From: Microcoleus sp.
Lineage (GTDB): Bacteria; Cyanobacteriota; Cyanobacteriia; Cyanobacteriales; Microcoleaceae
Assembly (NCBI GenBank): GCA_052279835.1
Contig: CP181291.1
Coordinates: 4,032,001-4,096,000 of the forward strand
Length of the DNA: 64,000 nucleotides
Direction: 5' to 3'
Each line of letters begins with the position of its first letter. Position 1 is the stretch's first letter. Shown here one piece after another: positions 28,275-38,902 of the stretch. The position numbers and the translations under genes are program-made. A model generated the notes under the pieces. That model saw only the letters and a program-made list of their open reading frames with translations. It was not told where the DNA came from and made no database searches.

Positions 28275-31031
28275 ATGTTGAATACAGCAAAACTTTTTGA
28301 AGAAAACCCAATTCCGGGAAATACAGCGGTTTTATCAGCGGAAATTCCCGACTTATTTGGTAGCAAGTTCGATCGCCTTAATCCGACAAAAAACATGGCA
28401 GTGGGCGACACCCATGTTTTATTTGATACCAACTATGATTTGACTCAAACATCAAATATGGGTGTGGCCGCAACTGATAGTGCGATCGACCTTTTTGACC
28501 AACTCACCGATTTCGGAACCCTAGAAACAGGAAACAACAATCTCAAATTCGATGGTAGTTTCCCATCCTCGCCAGATATCGCCGGTCAAGTTGAGCGAGA
28601 CGAACTTACAGGCATGAATTTGGCCGTTAGCGATGCAGCCAGTAATCCAGAGCGATTTGCCTCTAGAAATTCTGCCCCATTCCCTTCAGAAAACTGGGCT
28701 TTCAACTTTAAAAATTATACCATCGACCACCAAGGTTTAAACAGCTTAAATATCAAAGTTGGTTACGAACTCAAACCGGGAATCACCAAACAAGAATATC
28801 CCGATTTTGTGCCAATTTACAAAAGCATTGATAACTTCCTAGTTAACTACCCGAACGAAACGGACTTTTGGGAAATTCTTAACAATAATTTGAGCAAAAA
28901 AGTGTTAGATGAAAATCCAGCCCTCACAAATGTTACCCTGCAACTAGAAATTTTGCCAACGGACAGATTGCCCTACGATCGCGCCAGCACAGTTTTCCGC
29001 AGTCGTTCGGGCCAAATCCAAGAAAAATTTGATTTTTCTTTGCAAAACTACGCAATTAATCACCAAGGCTTAAACAAGCTCAATCTGGATGTAAATTACC
29101 AGTATAAGTCTGGAATTACCCAAGCAGAATATCCCGATTTTGTGCCAATTTACAAAGGTATTGATAAGTTTTTAACCAACTATCCAAACGAGACAGATTT
29201 TTGGGAAATTGTCAATAAAAAATTGACCCAAAATATCCTGCTCGAAAATCCTGCCCTAGCTGCGATCGATATCAATTTGAACGTTTTGCCCAGCCAAAAC
29301 ATACCCTACAGCCGCACCAGCAAAGTTACCCGCACTCAACCCACTAATCCTCAAGGAACTTTCCTTGTGGGTAATACAAGGGGCAATAATATACTCCGCT
29401 TTGATGGCAAAACAGGGAATTTGGTAGACGAATTTATTCCAGCAGCAATTGGTGGCTTGTTCAGACCAGATACGGTCATCTTTGGGCCCGATGGCAACGG
29501 CGATGGCAAGTCGGATATTTACATTGCTAGCGGTGACAAACCAGCAAAATCTGGAGAAATTGGAGCATCTGCTGTATTGCGTTATGACGGAATTACGGGT
29601 GCATTTATTGACAGATTTGTCGGCGACAATCCCAACACTACGACTGATGAAACTGGTGGATTGTCTCGTCCTTATGGTTTAGCTTTTGGTCCTGATGGTA
29701 ATTTTTATGTCAGCAGTTTTTTGACTGACCAAATTCTCCGCTATAATGGCAAAACTGGGCAGTTTATTGATGTATTTGCAACCGGAAATCAGCAAGCGGG
29801 AGGATTGAATGGTCCCAATGGTTTGGTATTCGATCCTGATGGTAATTTGTACGTGACAACTCAGGGGAGTGTGGCTAAAAATGGTCAGGCAGATTTTAGC
29901 GGTAATTTCCTGAGTCAGGTACTTCGCTATAACCTAGAAACTAAGCAGTTTAGTATTTTTGCTTCACCAGATGTTTCGCCTAGGAGTCAGGGATTTGTGA
30001 GTCTTTTGGGAATGGCGATCGGACCTAATGATGGCGACCTTTATGTGAGTGATTTTGCTAACGATATCCGGCGTTACAATTTAAAAACGGGAGAATTAGT
30101 CAAGGTTTTATCTACTAATTATACTGACACATTGCCCAGTAGCAATTATGTGGGTAGTTTGGCATTTTCGCCTAGTGGCAATTTGTTTGCCGTTGGCTTT
30201 GACAACCGCGCTAATGCTAATAATGCCGGGGCTGTGTTGCGGTACAATGGCAATACTGGTGAGCCTCTGCCCATTACCGGGAATCTTGGTTCTGGCAACA
30301 ATTCTATTTTTGTTCCTCCCGATAGTAAACTACAGCGTCCCGTGGGGATTGCCTTCTTTCCTACCGATGCTCAATTGACCGAGAAGTGGAATTTTACAGT
30401 CCCAAATTACCCGATTAATCATCAAGGGCTGAACAACCTGAATATTGATGTAAATTACCAGTACCAAAATGGGATTCAAAATTTTCAGTATCCCGATTTT
30501 GTGCCAATTTACAAAAGTATTGACAATCTGTTGGTTAACTACCCCAATGAAACGGATTTTTGGGAAGTAGTCAACAAAAATGTGACCCAAAAAGTGCTAG
30601 GGGAAAATCCATCAATTTCCTCGGTAACAGTGAATTTGGATGTGTTACCCACAAACAGATTACCTTACGATCGCAGCAGTACGGTAACTCGGACTCAAGA
30701 TGGTAAATTATCGGAGGCTTGGGATTTTCAGTTTGCCAATTACTCCATCGACCATCAGGGCTTAAACAACCTAAATATTGATGTCAAGTATCAGTACAAA
30801 CCAGGAATTACTACGGCTGAATATCCCGACTTTGTGCCGATTTATCGCAGCATCGACAATTTCTTGGCTAGTTACCCCAACGAAACTGATTTTTGGGAAG
30901 TTGTGAATAAAAAGTTGACTAAAAAGGTGCTAGCAGAAAATCCAGCTTTGGATTCGCTACAAATCAGCCTTGAGGTTTTGCCCACGAATCGATTGCCTTA
31001 TGAACGAGCTAGTCTTGTGTCGATCGCCTAG
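28275..31031 (+). CDS. Protein with four ~105-aa repeated domains flanking an NHL/Vgb-like beta-propeller
   Basis: 4x HQGLN.LN....Y...YPDFVPIY..ID..L.NYPNETDFWE; propeller blades GLAFGPDGNFYVS. ATG at 28275; the track GTG is at 28251. Confidence 0.85.
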   Translation: MLNTAKLFEENPIPGNTAVLSAEIPDLFGSKFDRLNPTKNMAVGDTHVLFDTNYDLTQTSNMGVAATDSAIDLFDQLTDFGTLETGNNNLKFDGSFPSSPDIAGQVERDELTGMNLAVSDAASNPERFASRNSAPFPSENWAFNFKNYTIDHQGLNSLNIKVGYELKPGITKQEYPDFVPIYKSIDNFLVNYPNETDFWEILNNNLSKKVLDENPALTNVTLQLEILPTDRLPYDRASTVFRSRSGQIQEKFDFSLQNYAINHQGLNKLNLDVNYQYKSGITQAEYPDFVPIYKGIDKFLTNYPNETDFWEIVNKKLTQNILLENPALAAIDINLNVLPSQNIPYSRTSKVTRTQPTNPQGTFLVGNTRGNNILRFDGKTGNLVDEFIPAAIGGLFRPDTVIFGPDGNGDGKSDIYIASGDKPAKSGEIGASAVLRYDGITGAFIDRFVGDNPNTTTDETGGLSRPYGLAFGPDGNFYVSSFLTDQILRYNGKTGQFIDVFATGNQQAGGLNGPNGLVFDPDGNLYVTTQGSVAKNGQADFSGNFLSQVLRYNLETKQFSIFASPDVSPRSQGFVSLLGMAIGPNDGDLYVSDFANDIRRYNLKTGELVKVLSTNYTDTLPSSNYVGSLAFSPSGNLFAVGFDNRANANNAGAVLRYNGNTGEPLPITGNLGSGNNSIFVPPDSKLQRPVGIAFFPTDAQLTEKWNFTVPNYPINHQGLNNLNIDVNYQYQNGIQNFQYPDFVPIYKSIDNLLVNYPNETDFWEVVNKNVTQKVLGENPSISSVTVNLDVLPTNRLPYDRSSTVTRTQDGKLSEAWDFQFANYSIDHQGLNNLNIDVKYQYKPGITTAEYPDFVPIYRSIDNFLASYPNETDFWEVVNKKLTKKVLAENPALDSLQISLEVLPTNRLPYERASLVSIA

Positions 31032-31192
31032 GAAGTAATTTGATAAGATTAAAAAACCAGGTTTCTCAGCTTTGGAGGCGATATTCGACTGAAAATGCTG
31101 GAAATCTGGTTTTTCTGTGGAAACAGCAAAAGAATCTATCTTAGGATAGATATTTTTTTCATAACATCTAATAAATAAAAACGGTTAATCTT

Positions 31193-34039
31193 GTGAATTT
31201 TGGCAAGATGGAATTACTCCCGGAGGTTAGGGTGAAAACGCTAAATATCCTCTTATTAGAAGACAGTAGCTGGGATACTGAATTGATTCAAGACTATCTA
31301 TTGGATGGTGGGCTAGATTTTTCTCTGCTGTGCGTGGAAACGCGGGCAGACTTTGTGGGGGCGCTGGAAAATAATTGCTATGACCTAATTTTGGCGGATT
31401 ATATGCTGCCGGAGTTTAATGGGCTAGAGGCCCTGGAAATAGCCCGTAGTATTTGTCCGGGACTGCCGTTTATTTTTGTATCGGCTACTTTGGGTGAGGA
31501 GTTGGCGATCGAAACTTTGAAAAACGGGGCTACAGATTATGTAGTCAAACGGGGTTTGACGCGGCTTGTACCGTCGATTCAGCGGGCACTGCGGGAAGTT
31601 CAAGAAAGACTCGATCGCAAACAAGCCGAAATACACCGCCAAGAAAGCGAAGACCGGTTTCGGATGATGGCAGATACCGCACCGGTGATGATTTGGATGT
31701 CTGGTATCGACAAAGTTTGCAATTACTTTAATCAAGTTTGGCTGGATTTTACGGGCACAACTTTGGCATCCGTCATGGACTGCGGCTGGAAAAAATCGGT
31801 ACACCCGGAGGATTTGCAGTATTGTGTAGATACTTATGAGAATGCTTTTGACGCGCGAAATGAGTTTCGGATGGAATTTCGTCTGAGACGCTATGATGGC
31901 GATTACCGCTGGATTTTGGGTACGGGCTTACCGCGATACAGGCCCGATCGCACTTTTGCAGGTTACATTGGTTCTTGCATTGATATTAGCGATCGCAAAC
32001 TAGCAGAACAAGAACGCGCCGTCGCCTTTGAACGGGAACAAGCAGCCCGATTGCAAGCAGAAGAAACTGCCAAAGCTCTACAAGAGGCAAAGGATGGAAT
32101 TACTAATATTCTCGAAAGTATTACCGACGCTTTTTTTGCTGTGGATTGCGACTGGAATTACACCTATGTCAACCGGAAAGCCGAGGAGATTTTAGGCAAG
32201 TCTCAAGCTGAGTTGATCGGAAAAAGTATGCTCGATGTAGTTTCTCATCTAGGGGATTTAGAAAGTTACAAAATGGCTGACCAAGCCATGTCAGAAAAAG
32301 TAACAATCGAATACGAAGCATTTAATGTATCTGTAAATAAGTGGTTTAACGTGCGATTTTATCCGTCGGATTCGGGTTTGTCGGCTTATTTCCAAGATAT
32401 TAGCGCCCGCAAGCAAGCAGAAGCCGCACTCCAAGCTAGCGAGGAAAAACTGAGGTGTTTGGCAGAAGCTAACTTGATGGGAATTCTGTTCGGTAATATC
32501 CACGGTGCCATTACCGAGGCTAACGACGAATTTTTGCGGATGGTGGGCTACAGTCGGGAACATTTGCAACGTGGGGAAATGCGGTGGATTGATATGACTC
32601 CTGTGGAGTATCTACCCTTGGATGCGATCGGCATGGCAGAGGCAAAAGCCACGGGGGTTTGCACTCCTTACGAAAAGGAATATGTGCGCCTAGATGGTAG
32701 CCGGATTCCGGTGTTGGTGGGGTATATTTTGTTGGGTGAAAAACGGGAAGAATCTGTGGCTTTCATTCTCGATTTGAGCGAGCGCAAACGATTAGAAAAA
32801 GAACTTCAGGAACGAGCGGAAGAATTAGAGATCCTGAACCGAATTAAAGATGAGTTTCTCGCAACTTTGTCCCACGAATTGCGGACACCGTTAAATGCGA
32901 TGCTGGGATGGACGCAACTGCTACGTTATCGCAAGTTTGATGAACATACTACGGTGAGAGCTTTGGAAACCATCGATCGCAATACGAGGTCTTTGGGAAC
33001 ACTAATCGAGGATTTGTTGGACGTATCGCAGATTATTACGGGTCAATTATCGCTGAATTTGCGGTGGGTGGATGTGCTGGCAAATGTTGAGGCGGCCATC
33101 GAAACTTTGGCAACTGCGGCCAGAGCAAAAAATATTAAAATTGTGACGGAATTTGACCAGACTTCGGTGCGGATATTTGGAGATTCGGGGCGCTTGCAGC
33201 AGGTGGTGTGGAATTTGCTCTCCAATGCCATTAAGTTTACTCCTGCTCAAGGACAGGTGAAGGTGGGGGTGCGGCAGGTGGAGGGTGCTATTTCCCCTCA
33301 ATTAGCATCTGGGGGCAAATTGTCCTGTGCTAGGGTGGAAATTGAGGTGAGCGATACGGGAGAGGGTATCAGTGCGGAGTTTCTGCCCCATGTTTTCGAT
33401 CGCTTCAGTCAAGCGGACACCTCTGCGACTCGATCGTACAACGGATTGGGGATGGGGTTGGCGATCGTCCGCCATGTGGTGGAAATGCACGGGGGGACAG
33501 TGCAAGCGGAATCTGCCGGGAAGGGAAAAGGAGCGAAGTTTGTGGTGAAGTTGCCCATGCAACAGGGCGAGGGTGGATTTTCTGCGCCTGGGGCTGGGGA
33601 GTTTGTGATTCGAGAAAAAAGGTCGATCGCACCTGGAAATGAGTGTTCTTTTAAGATCAATCTTTCTGGCGTGTGGGTGTTGGTGGCCGATAATGACGAG
33701 GATTCCTTGGATTTTGCGCGGATGGTGCTCGAAGAATGCGGGGCCGAGGTGGAGACTGCTGTCTCGGCATGGGAGGCTCTAGAGGCGATTAAAAGGCGAT
33801 CGCCGGATGTATTTGTTAGCGATCTAGGAATGCCGATGGCACACGGAAAAGATTTGATTGGGCAAGTCCGAACCATGTGTGGTGCAACGGAAGTTCCAGC
33901 GGTGGCTTTGACCGCCTATGGTAGGGTGGAAGAACGGGTGCGGGCGCTAAGGCTGGGTTTTCAAATTCATCTGCCGAAGCCGATCGATCCTGTGGAGTTG
34001 GTGGTAACAGTGGCAAGTTTAGCGAGTCGAGTTAATTGA
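31193..34039 (+). CDS. Hybrid histidine kinase REC-PAS x3-HisKA-HATPase-REC
   Basis: LLLEDS/ILADY receiver, LSHELRTPL, NLLSNAIKFT, GLGMGL, C-terminal receiver. Confidence 0.93.
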   Translation: MNFGKMELLPEVRVKTLNILLLEDSSWDTELIQDYLLDGGLDFSLLCVETRADFVGALENNCYDLILADYMLPEFNGLEALEIARSICPGLPFIFVSATLGEELAIETLKNGATDYVVKRGLTRLVPSIQRALREVQERLDRKQAEIHRQESEDRFRMMADTAPVMIWMSGIDKVCNYFNQVWLDFTGTTLASVMDCGWKKSVHPEDLQYCVDTYENAFDARNEFRMEFRLRRYDGDYRWILGTGLPRYRPDRTFAGYIGSCIDISDRKLAEQERAVAFEREQAARLQAEETAKALQEAKDGITNILESITDAFFAVDCDWNYTYVNRKAEEILGKSQAELIGKSMLDVVSHLGDLESYKMADQAMSEKVTIEYEAFNVSVNKWFNVRFYPSDSGLSAYFQDISARKQAEAALQASEEKLRCLAEANLMGILFGNIHGAITEANDEFLRMVGYSREHLQRGEMRWIDMTPVEYLPLDAIGMAEAKATGVCTPYEKEYVRLDGSRIPVLVGYILLGEKREESVAFILDLSERKRLEKELQERAEELEILNRIKDEFLATLSHELRTPLNAMLGWTQLLRYRKFDEHTTVRALETIDRNTRSLGTLIEDLLDVSQIITGQLSLNLRWVDVLANVEAAIETLATAARAKNIKIVTEFDQTSVRIFGDSGRLQQVVWNLLSNAIKFTPAQGQVKVGVRQVEGAISPQLASGGKLSCARVEIEVSDTGEGISAEFLPHVFDRFSQADTSATRSYNGLGMGLAIVRHVVEMHGGTVQAESAGKGKGAKFVVKLPMQQGEGGFSAPGAGEFVIREKRSIAPGNECSFKINLSGVWVLVADNDEDSLDFARMVLEECGAEVETAVSAWEALEAIKRRSPDVFVSDLGMPMAHGKDLIGQVRTMCGATEVPAVALTAYGRVEERVRALRLGFQIHLPKPIDPVELVVTVASLASRVN

Positions 34040-35395
34040 CATACTCCCCGGCCGTACCGTGGGATTCTTGACACTTCACGGAGATGTGCCACAAGTGGTC
34101 TTACCTTCTCTCTGTGTCCATTTAGAGTCGTGGCAATGCCCTATCCCGACTTTGTTTATATTCTTCGCTGCATTCTCATCGCGATCGTGTTCGTTGCCGC
34201 AATTCAAGCATTGAACCGAGCGGATTTTTAAATCCAATTTTCCCCATCTAAAACCGCAATTTGAACAGATTTGACTTGTTGGTTCCCAGCGACTAATTAC
34301 CCTAAACTCTCTGCCATACTTTTCAGACTGACGCTCGCATAAAGTCCTAAACTCGTACCATCCCTGTTGGCTAATCGCCCTGGCAAGTTTGCGGTTTTTG
34401 ACCATACCAGACACGTTCAAATCTTCCAAAATAATCCTTTGATTCTCACTAACAACTTTGGTCGATAGTTTGTGCAGAAAGTCTTTACGAGTATCCCCAA
34501 TTTGATTGTACAGTTTCGCAATCTGAATGCGAGTTTTGTTGCGGCGCTTTGAGTCTTTGGGCTGCCTTGCCAACTTGCGTTGCAGTCTGCGAATTTTTCG
34601 GTCTAACTGTTTGTAGCTTGGACTTTTAGCTGATCTTCCGTCGCTCATCACTGCAAAGGTTTTAATACCCAGATCGATGCCGATGCTGTGGTTTTTAGCT
34701 TCGACAATATCGGAATTAATCTCTACAACAAAGCTCAGGAAATAACGGTGGGCGCAGTCTTTGATTGCTGTGACACAGCTAGGGTTTGATGGCAGTTGTC
34801 TCGACCAGATAGGACTAACATTTCCGATTTTTGCCAGATAGACGGACTCACCTTTGATAGAAAAACCCGATTTGACAAAAGTTGCAGATTGACTGTTAGT
34901 CTTTTTTTTGAACCTGGGTTGACCGACTTTTTTGCCTTTCCTTTTCCCTTTTAGAGAGTCAAAATAGTTTTTGTAAGCAACATCTAATTGTTTGAGGGAT
35001 TGCTGTAATGGCACGGATGATACATCGTTTAACCAGGCTCTCTCTTCTGTCTTTTTAGATAGAGTTAGAGATTTGGATAGAGTATTGTAGCCTGGATAGT
35101 TGCCTGACTTGCTTTGAGTTAAGGCATCATTCCAAACAACTCTCACGCAACCAAACAACTGCGCTAAACTTTGGCGTTGTTGAGTGGTAGGATAGAATCT
35201 GTATTGGAATCTTGCTTTCATTCTTTGTCCTTTGTTTTACTATTCCATTCTAACAGGCTCGGTAAAATCTACCAAAGAATTAAAGCCGTCCTTAAGGACG
35301 GGGTTTTCAACCCAATTTTTTGATAACTCTCTGATAGAATCAGCAAGAAATTAAAGCCGTCCTAGAAGCACGGGGCTTGTACCCATTCTTTTGGT
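34036..35395 (-). mobile_element. IS200/IS605-family element, tnpB only, with two left-end hairpins
   Basis: Right end AGAATCCCACG...GGGGAGTATGTCAA; hairpins AAAGCCGTCC...ACGGGG at ~35282 and ~35353. Confidence 0.8.
34076..35221 (-). CDS. tnpB: TnpB RNA-guided endonuclease
   Basis: MKARFQYRFYP, GIDLG, LEDLNV, CSNCG/CLNCG zinc ribbon, DRDENAA. Confidence 0.95.
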   Translation of the reverse strand: MKARFQYRFYPTTQQRQSLAQLFGCVRVVWNDALTQSKSGNYPGYNTLSKSLTLSKKTEERAWLNDVSSVPLQQSLKQLDVAYKNYFDSLKGKRKGKKVGQPRFKKKTNSQSATFVKSGFSIKGESVYLAKIGNVSPIWSRQLPSNPSCVTAIKDCAHRYFLSFVVEINSDIVEAKNHSIGIDLGIKTFAVMSDGRSAKSPSYKQLDRKIRRLQRKLARQPKDSKRRNKTRIQIAKLYNQIGDTRKDFLHKLSTKVVSENQRIILEDLNVSGMVKNRKLARAISQQGWYEFRTLCERQSEKYGREFRVISRWEPTSQICSNCGFRWGKLDLKIRSVQCLNCGNEHDRDENAAKNINKVGIGHCHDSKWTQREGKTTCGTSP

Positions 35396-35589
35396 CAAAA
35401 GCTAGATACCAATTGCACCCGCCCTTCATCCATTTCATTCATTAATAACTCTAAAGCTTCGTAATCAATATCAGAGATGTAGCCCAAACGAGTTAGTTCG
35501 TAGTTGATTTCATTTTCAATATCAGGTGTCAGACGCTTAATATTGAGGGCTTTTTCTACAAGTTTACGAATAGCATGAGTTGCTTGCAT
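35395..35589 (-). CDS. Small hypothetical protein (64 aa)
   Basis: ATG with GGAG upstream; IRKLVEKAL...DYEALELLM helical pattern. Confidence 0.7.
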   Translation of the reverse strand: MQATHAIRKLVEKALNIKRLTPDIENEINYELTRLGYISDIDYEALELLMNEMDEGRVQLVSSF

Positions 35590-35979
35590 AGTAGATCGGA
35601 GAACTCAGTATATTTTATATATTGATCTAGATTATATATCTCCGAGGTGATCTAAATCAGAACCCACCAGTGATTTCAATTACTTTCTGGCTCTGATTAT
35701 CCCAGAGTGTCGTTCTGGGGCTGGTTGTTATGGTAATCCCTATTTTAAAATCAGTAAAATTGAGGCTAAATTGTCTGGCATTTATAATAAATAGTATCCT
35801 AGCATACTTTTATGCGGAAATTGTGCAGAAATTTAAATCAACAAAAAACTTAATCTAGATTAAGCCATGGGGAGGCTGTTCCCCATCTCTAATCTCCAAT
35901 CTCCCATCTAATTAGGTTGGCGGATTGACAGCTTTTGAGGTAGGCTACTTAAGAGTCGCAACTATTAGCGAGTCCAGCC

Positions 35980-38902
35980 GTGACAGTAACAGTCGAAGAA
36001 TTACTTACATCAGAAATTAATCAACCTGCTCGTTATTTAGGTAACGAGTTGGGGGCTGTACGCCAGCCTTGGGATGCAGCAACTGTGCGATGGGTGCTGA
36101 CTTACCCAGAAGTCTATGAAGTTGGTGCTTCCAATCTCGGACACATCATTCTTTACAATATCTTGAACGCCGGGCCGAGGCAGTTGTGCGATCGCGCTTA
36201 TTTGCCGGCCCCAGATTTAGCAGCCAAACTGCGATCGACTCAAACTCCCCTGTTTGCAGTGGAATCAAGGCGATCGCTCACCGAATTTGATATCCTGGGC
36301 TTTAGCCTCAGTTACGAACTGGGAGCCACAAATATTCTGGAAATGCTTGATTTGGCAGGCATTCCCCTGACTTGGCAAGAAAGAGCGACAAGTTCCGAAT
36401 TGCCACTAATTTTTGCCGGGGGCCAAACGGCAACTTCCAATCCTGAACCCTACGCTGACTTTTTTGACTTTTTTGCTTTGGGTGATGGGGAAGAATTGTT
36501 GCCGGAAATTGGCTTGATTTTGGCCGAAGGTAAAACTAATGGTTTGAGTCGAGAAGCCTTGTTGTTAGATTTGGCGCAAATTCCCGGCGTTTATGTGCCG
36601 CAATTCTACGACATGGCCCCTGATGGTTCAGTCCATCCCAATCGCCCGGAAGTTCCGCCACGAATCTTACGCCGGGTGGCGACTCCCATTCCAGCTTATT
36701 CGATCGGCCTGGTTCCCTACGTCCAGACAGTACACGATCGACTGACAGTAGAAATCCGCCGTGGTTGTACTCGCGGTTGCCGCTTTTGTCAACCGGGAAT
36801 GTTGACTCGCCCCGCGCGAGATGTGGAACCTCAACAAGTCGTAGAGGCGATCGAAAAGGGCATGAAAGCCACCGGGCAAAGCGAATTTTCCCTGCTTTCT
36901 CTCAGTTGTTCCGACTATCTGGCACTCCCAGCAGTCGGTATGGAAATCAAAAATCGCCTGAAAGATAAAAATATTTCTCTGTCTCTACCCAGCCAGCGGG
37001 TCGATCGATTTGATGACAATATTGCTGATATTCTGGGCGGTACTCGCCAGGGCGGGTTGACTTTTGCGCCGGAAGCTGGTACGCAGCGGATGCGGGATAT
37101 TGTGAACAAGGGTTTGACTAACGAAGAATTGCTCAGGGGTGTGAAAACGGCAGTCGATCGCGGTTGGGATAAAATCAAGCTGTATTTTATGATCGGTTTG
37201 CCTGGGGAAACAGATGTTGATGTTCTGGGCATCGCTGAAACAGTCCGTTGGCTGAGTAGGGAATGTCGGGGTCGATGGCCGACGCCGACTCAATTTCAAT
37301 TTGACAATTTCTAACTTTACGCCCAAGCCCCATACTCCTTTTCAGTGGCACTCGGTTTCTACTACAGAATTTGCCCGCAAGCAAAAATTACTGAGGGAAG
37401 AGTTTCGGGGAATGAGGGGTGTTAAGGTGAATTTCACCGATGTGCGGATTTCGGCAATGGAGGATTTTGTCGGCAGAGGCGATCGACGTTTGGCTGCTGT
37501 CGTCCGTCGCGCTTGGGAACTCGGTGCAGGTATGGATGCGTGGTGGGAAAGCTTGGATAAAGCTTACAAGGCATGGACTGTGGCGATCGCCGAATCCGAT
37601 CTTACCTGGAAATATCGCCAAGTCGAAAGTGGTGAATGGAATTTGTTTGCAGAGAAGGGAGGAACCCCCCCCTGCCCCCCCCAAGGGGGGAATGAATTAG
37701 GCACAGTCCCAGGGGGGAATGAATTAGGAACCCCCCCCTACCCCCCCCAAGGGGGGAATGAATTAGGCACAGTCCCAGGGGGGAATGAATTAGGAACCCC
37801 CCCCTACCCCCCCCAAGGGGGGAATGAATTAGGCACAGTCCCAGGGGGGAATGAATTAGGAACCCCCCCCTGCCCCCCCCAAGGGGGGAAATTAGAAGGC
37901 ACAGTCCCAGGGGGGAATGAATTAGGAACCCACCTCCTAGATCAACCCCTGCCGTGGGATCATCTGGATACGGGAATTGACAAAAATTGGCTAAAACTTG
38001 ATTTGCAGAAGGCTTTGGCAGCCGCAACAGTCCCCGATTGTTCCTTTGAAGGCTGTTCCCACTGTGGGGTTTGTGGCACTGACTTTGGACACAATATTGT
38101 GGTTGAACCTCTGCCAATTCCTCCCTTTGCAGGGGAGTTTGTACCCAATCAAGAGCGCAAACAGCGCTTTCGGGTGTGGTTTGGCAAGGTGGGCGATATG
38201 GCTTTGGTTGGTCATTTGGATTTGGTACGATTGTTCGATCGCGTATTCCGTAAAGCCGATTTACCGATTTCTTTTACCGGCGGTTTTCATCCCAACCCTC
38301 GCATTTCTCTGGCAAATGCCCTGCCTCTGGGTGTTAGCAGCACAGGGGAAATTGTGGATTTTGAACTCACTGAGTTGATGGACGCCCAGGAGTTTCGGGC
38401 AAAATTGGTGGCGCATCTGCCGCCCAATATTCCTGTTTACAAGGTAGAGGCGATCGATCTTAAGGCTCCTTCTGCCAATCAGTTGTTAGAAGCTGCGGAA
38501 TACCTGATTACTGTGGCTGTAGCTGGTGCGGTGGCAGAAAATGACGAATCAAACCAAGAGAATTTGACCCCTCTCTGTGTCGCTGCTAGTGACCAGTGGC
38601 AAGCTTGGGTACGGGCGATTTTGGAAGCTGAGGATTTTTGGCGGGAACATACTACCAAGTCGGGTAAGACGCAGCAAGTCAATTTGCGCGATCGACTACA
38701 GGAACTAGAAGTGGTAGATTGTCAATCTGCCGACAGTCGTAACTCCCAAGGTAAAGCCGTCTTGCGCTATCAGGGTAGTTGTCGCAGTGATGGTAATGTA
38801 CTAAAGCCAGAACATCTGGTGTGGATGCTCGAACAAGTCAGCCACCAGGAAATTCAGCTTCTGCATATCCAACGCAGTCAGCTAATCCTGAGTTATGGTT
38901 AG
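35980..38902 (+). CDS. TIGR03960-type radical SAM protein fused to a TIGR03936-type domain; +1 frameshift at ~37268-37271
   Basis: RGCTRGCRFCQ; FTPKPHTPFQW; GHLDLVRLFDR...GFHPNPR. Removing one G from CGGGG joins the two track ORFs. Confidence 0.85.
37658..37931 (+). repeat. In-frame tandem array of CCCCCC-AA-GGGGGG hairpin repeats
   Basis: About four 66-bp units encoding GTPP(C/Y)PPQGGNELGTVPGGNEL. Confidence 0.9.

Noticed and set aside
23267..31031. Functional link between phhB and the putative T-fold protein
   Set aside because: They are about 5 kb apart on opposite strands, separated by psbD, an ABC ATPase and an IS; no operon evidence.
37602..38117. 171-aa minus-strand ORF
   Set aside because: Antisense reading of the hairpin repeat array.
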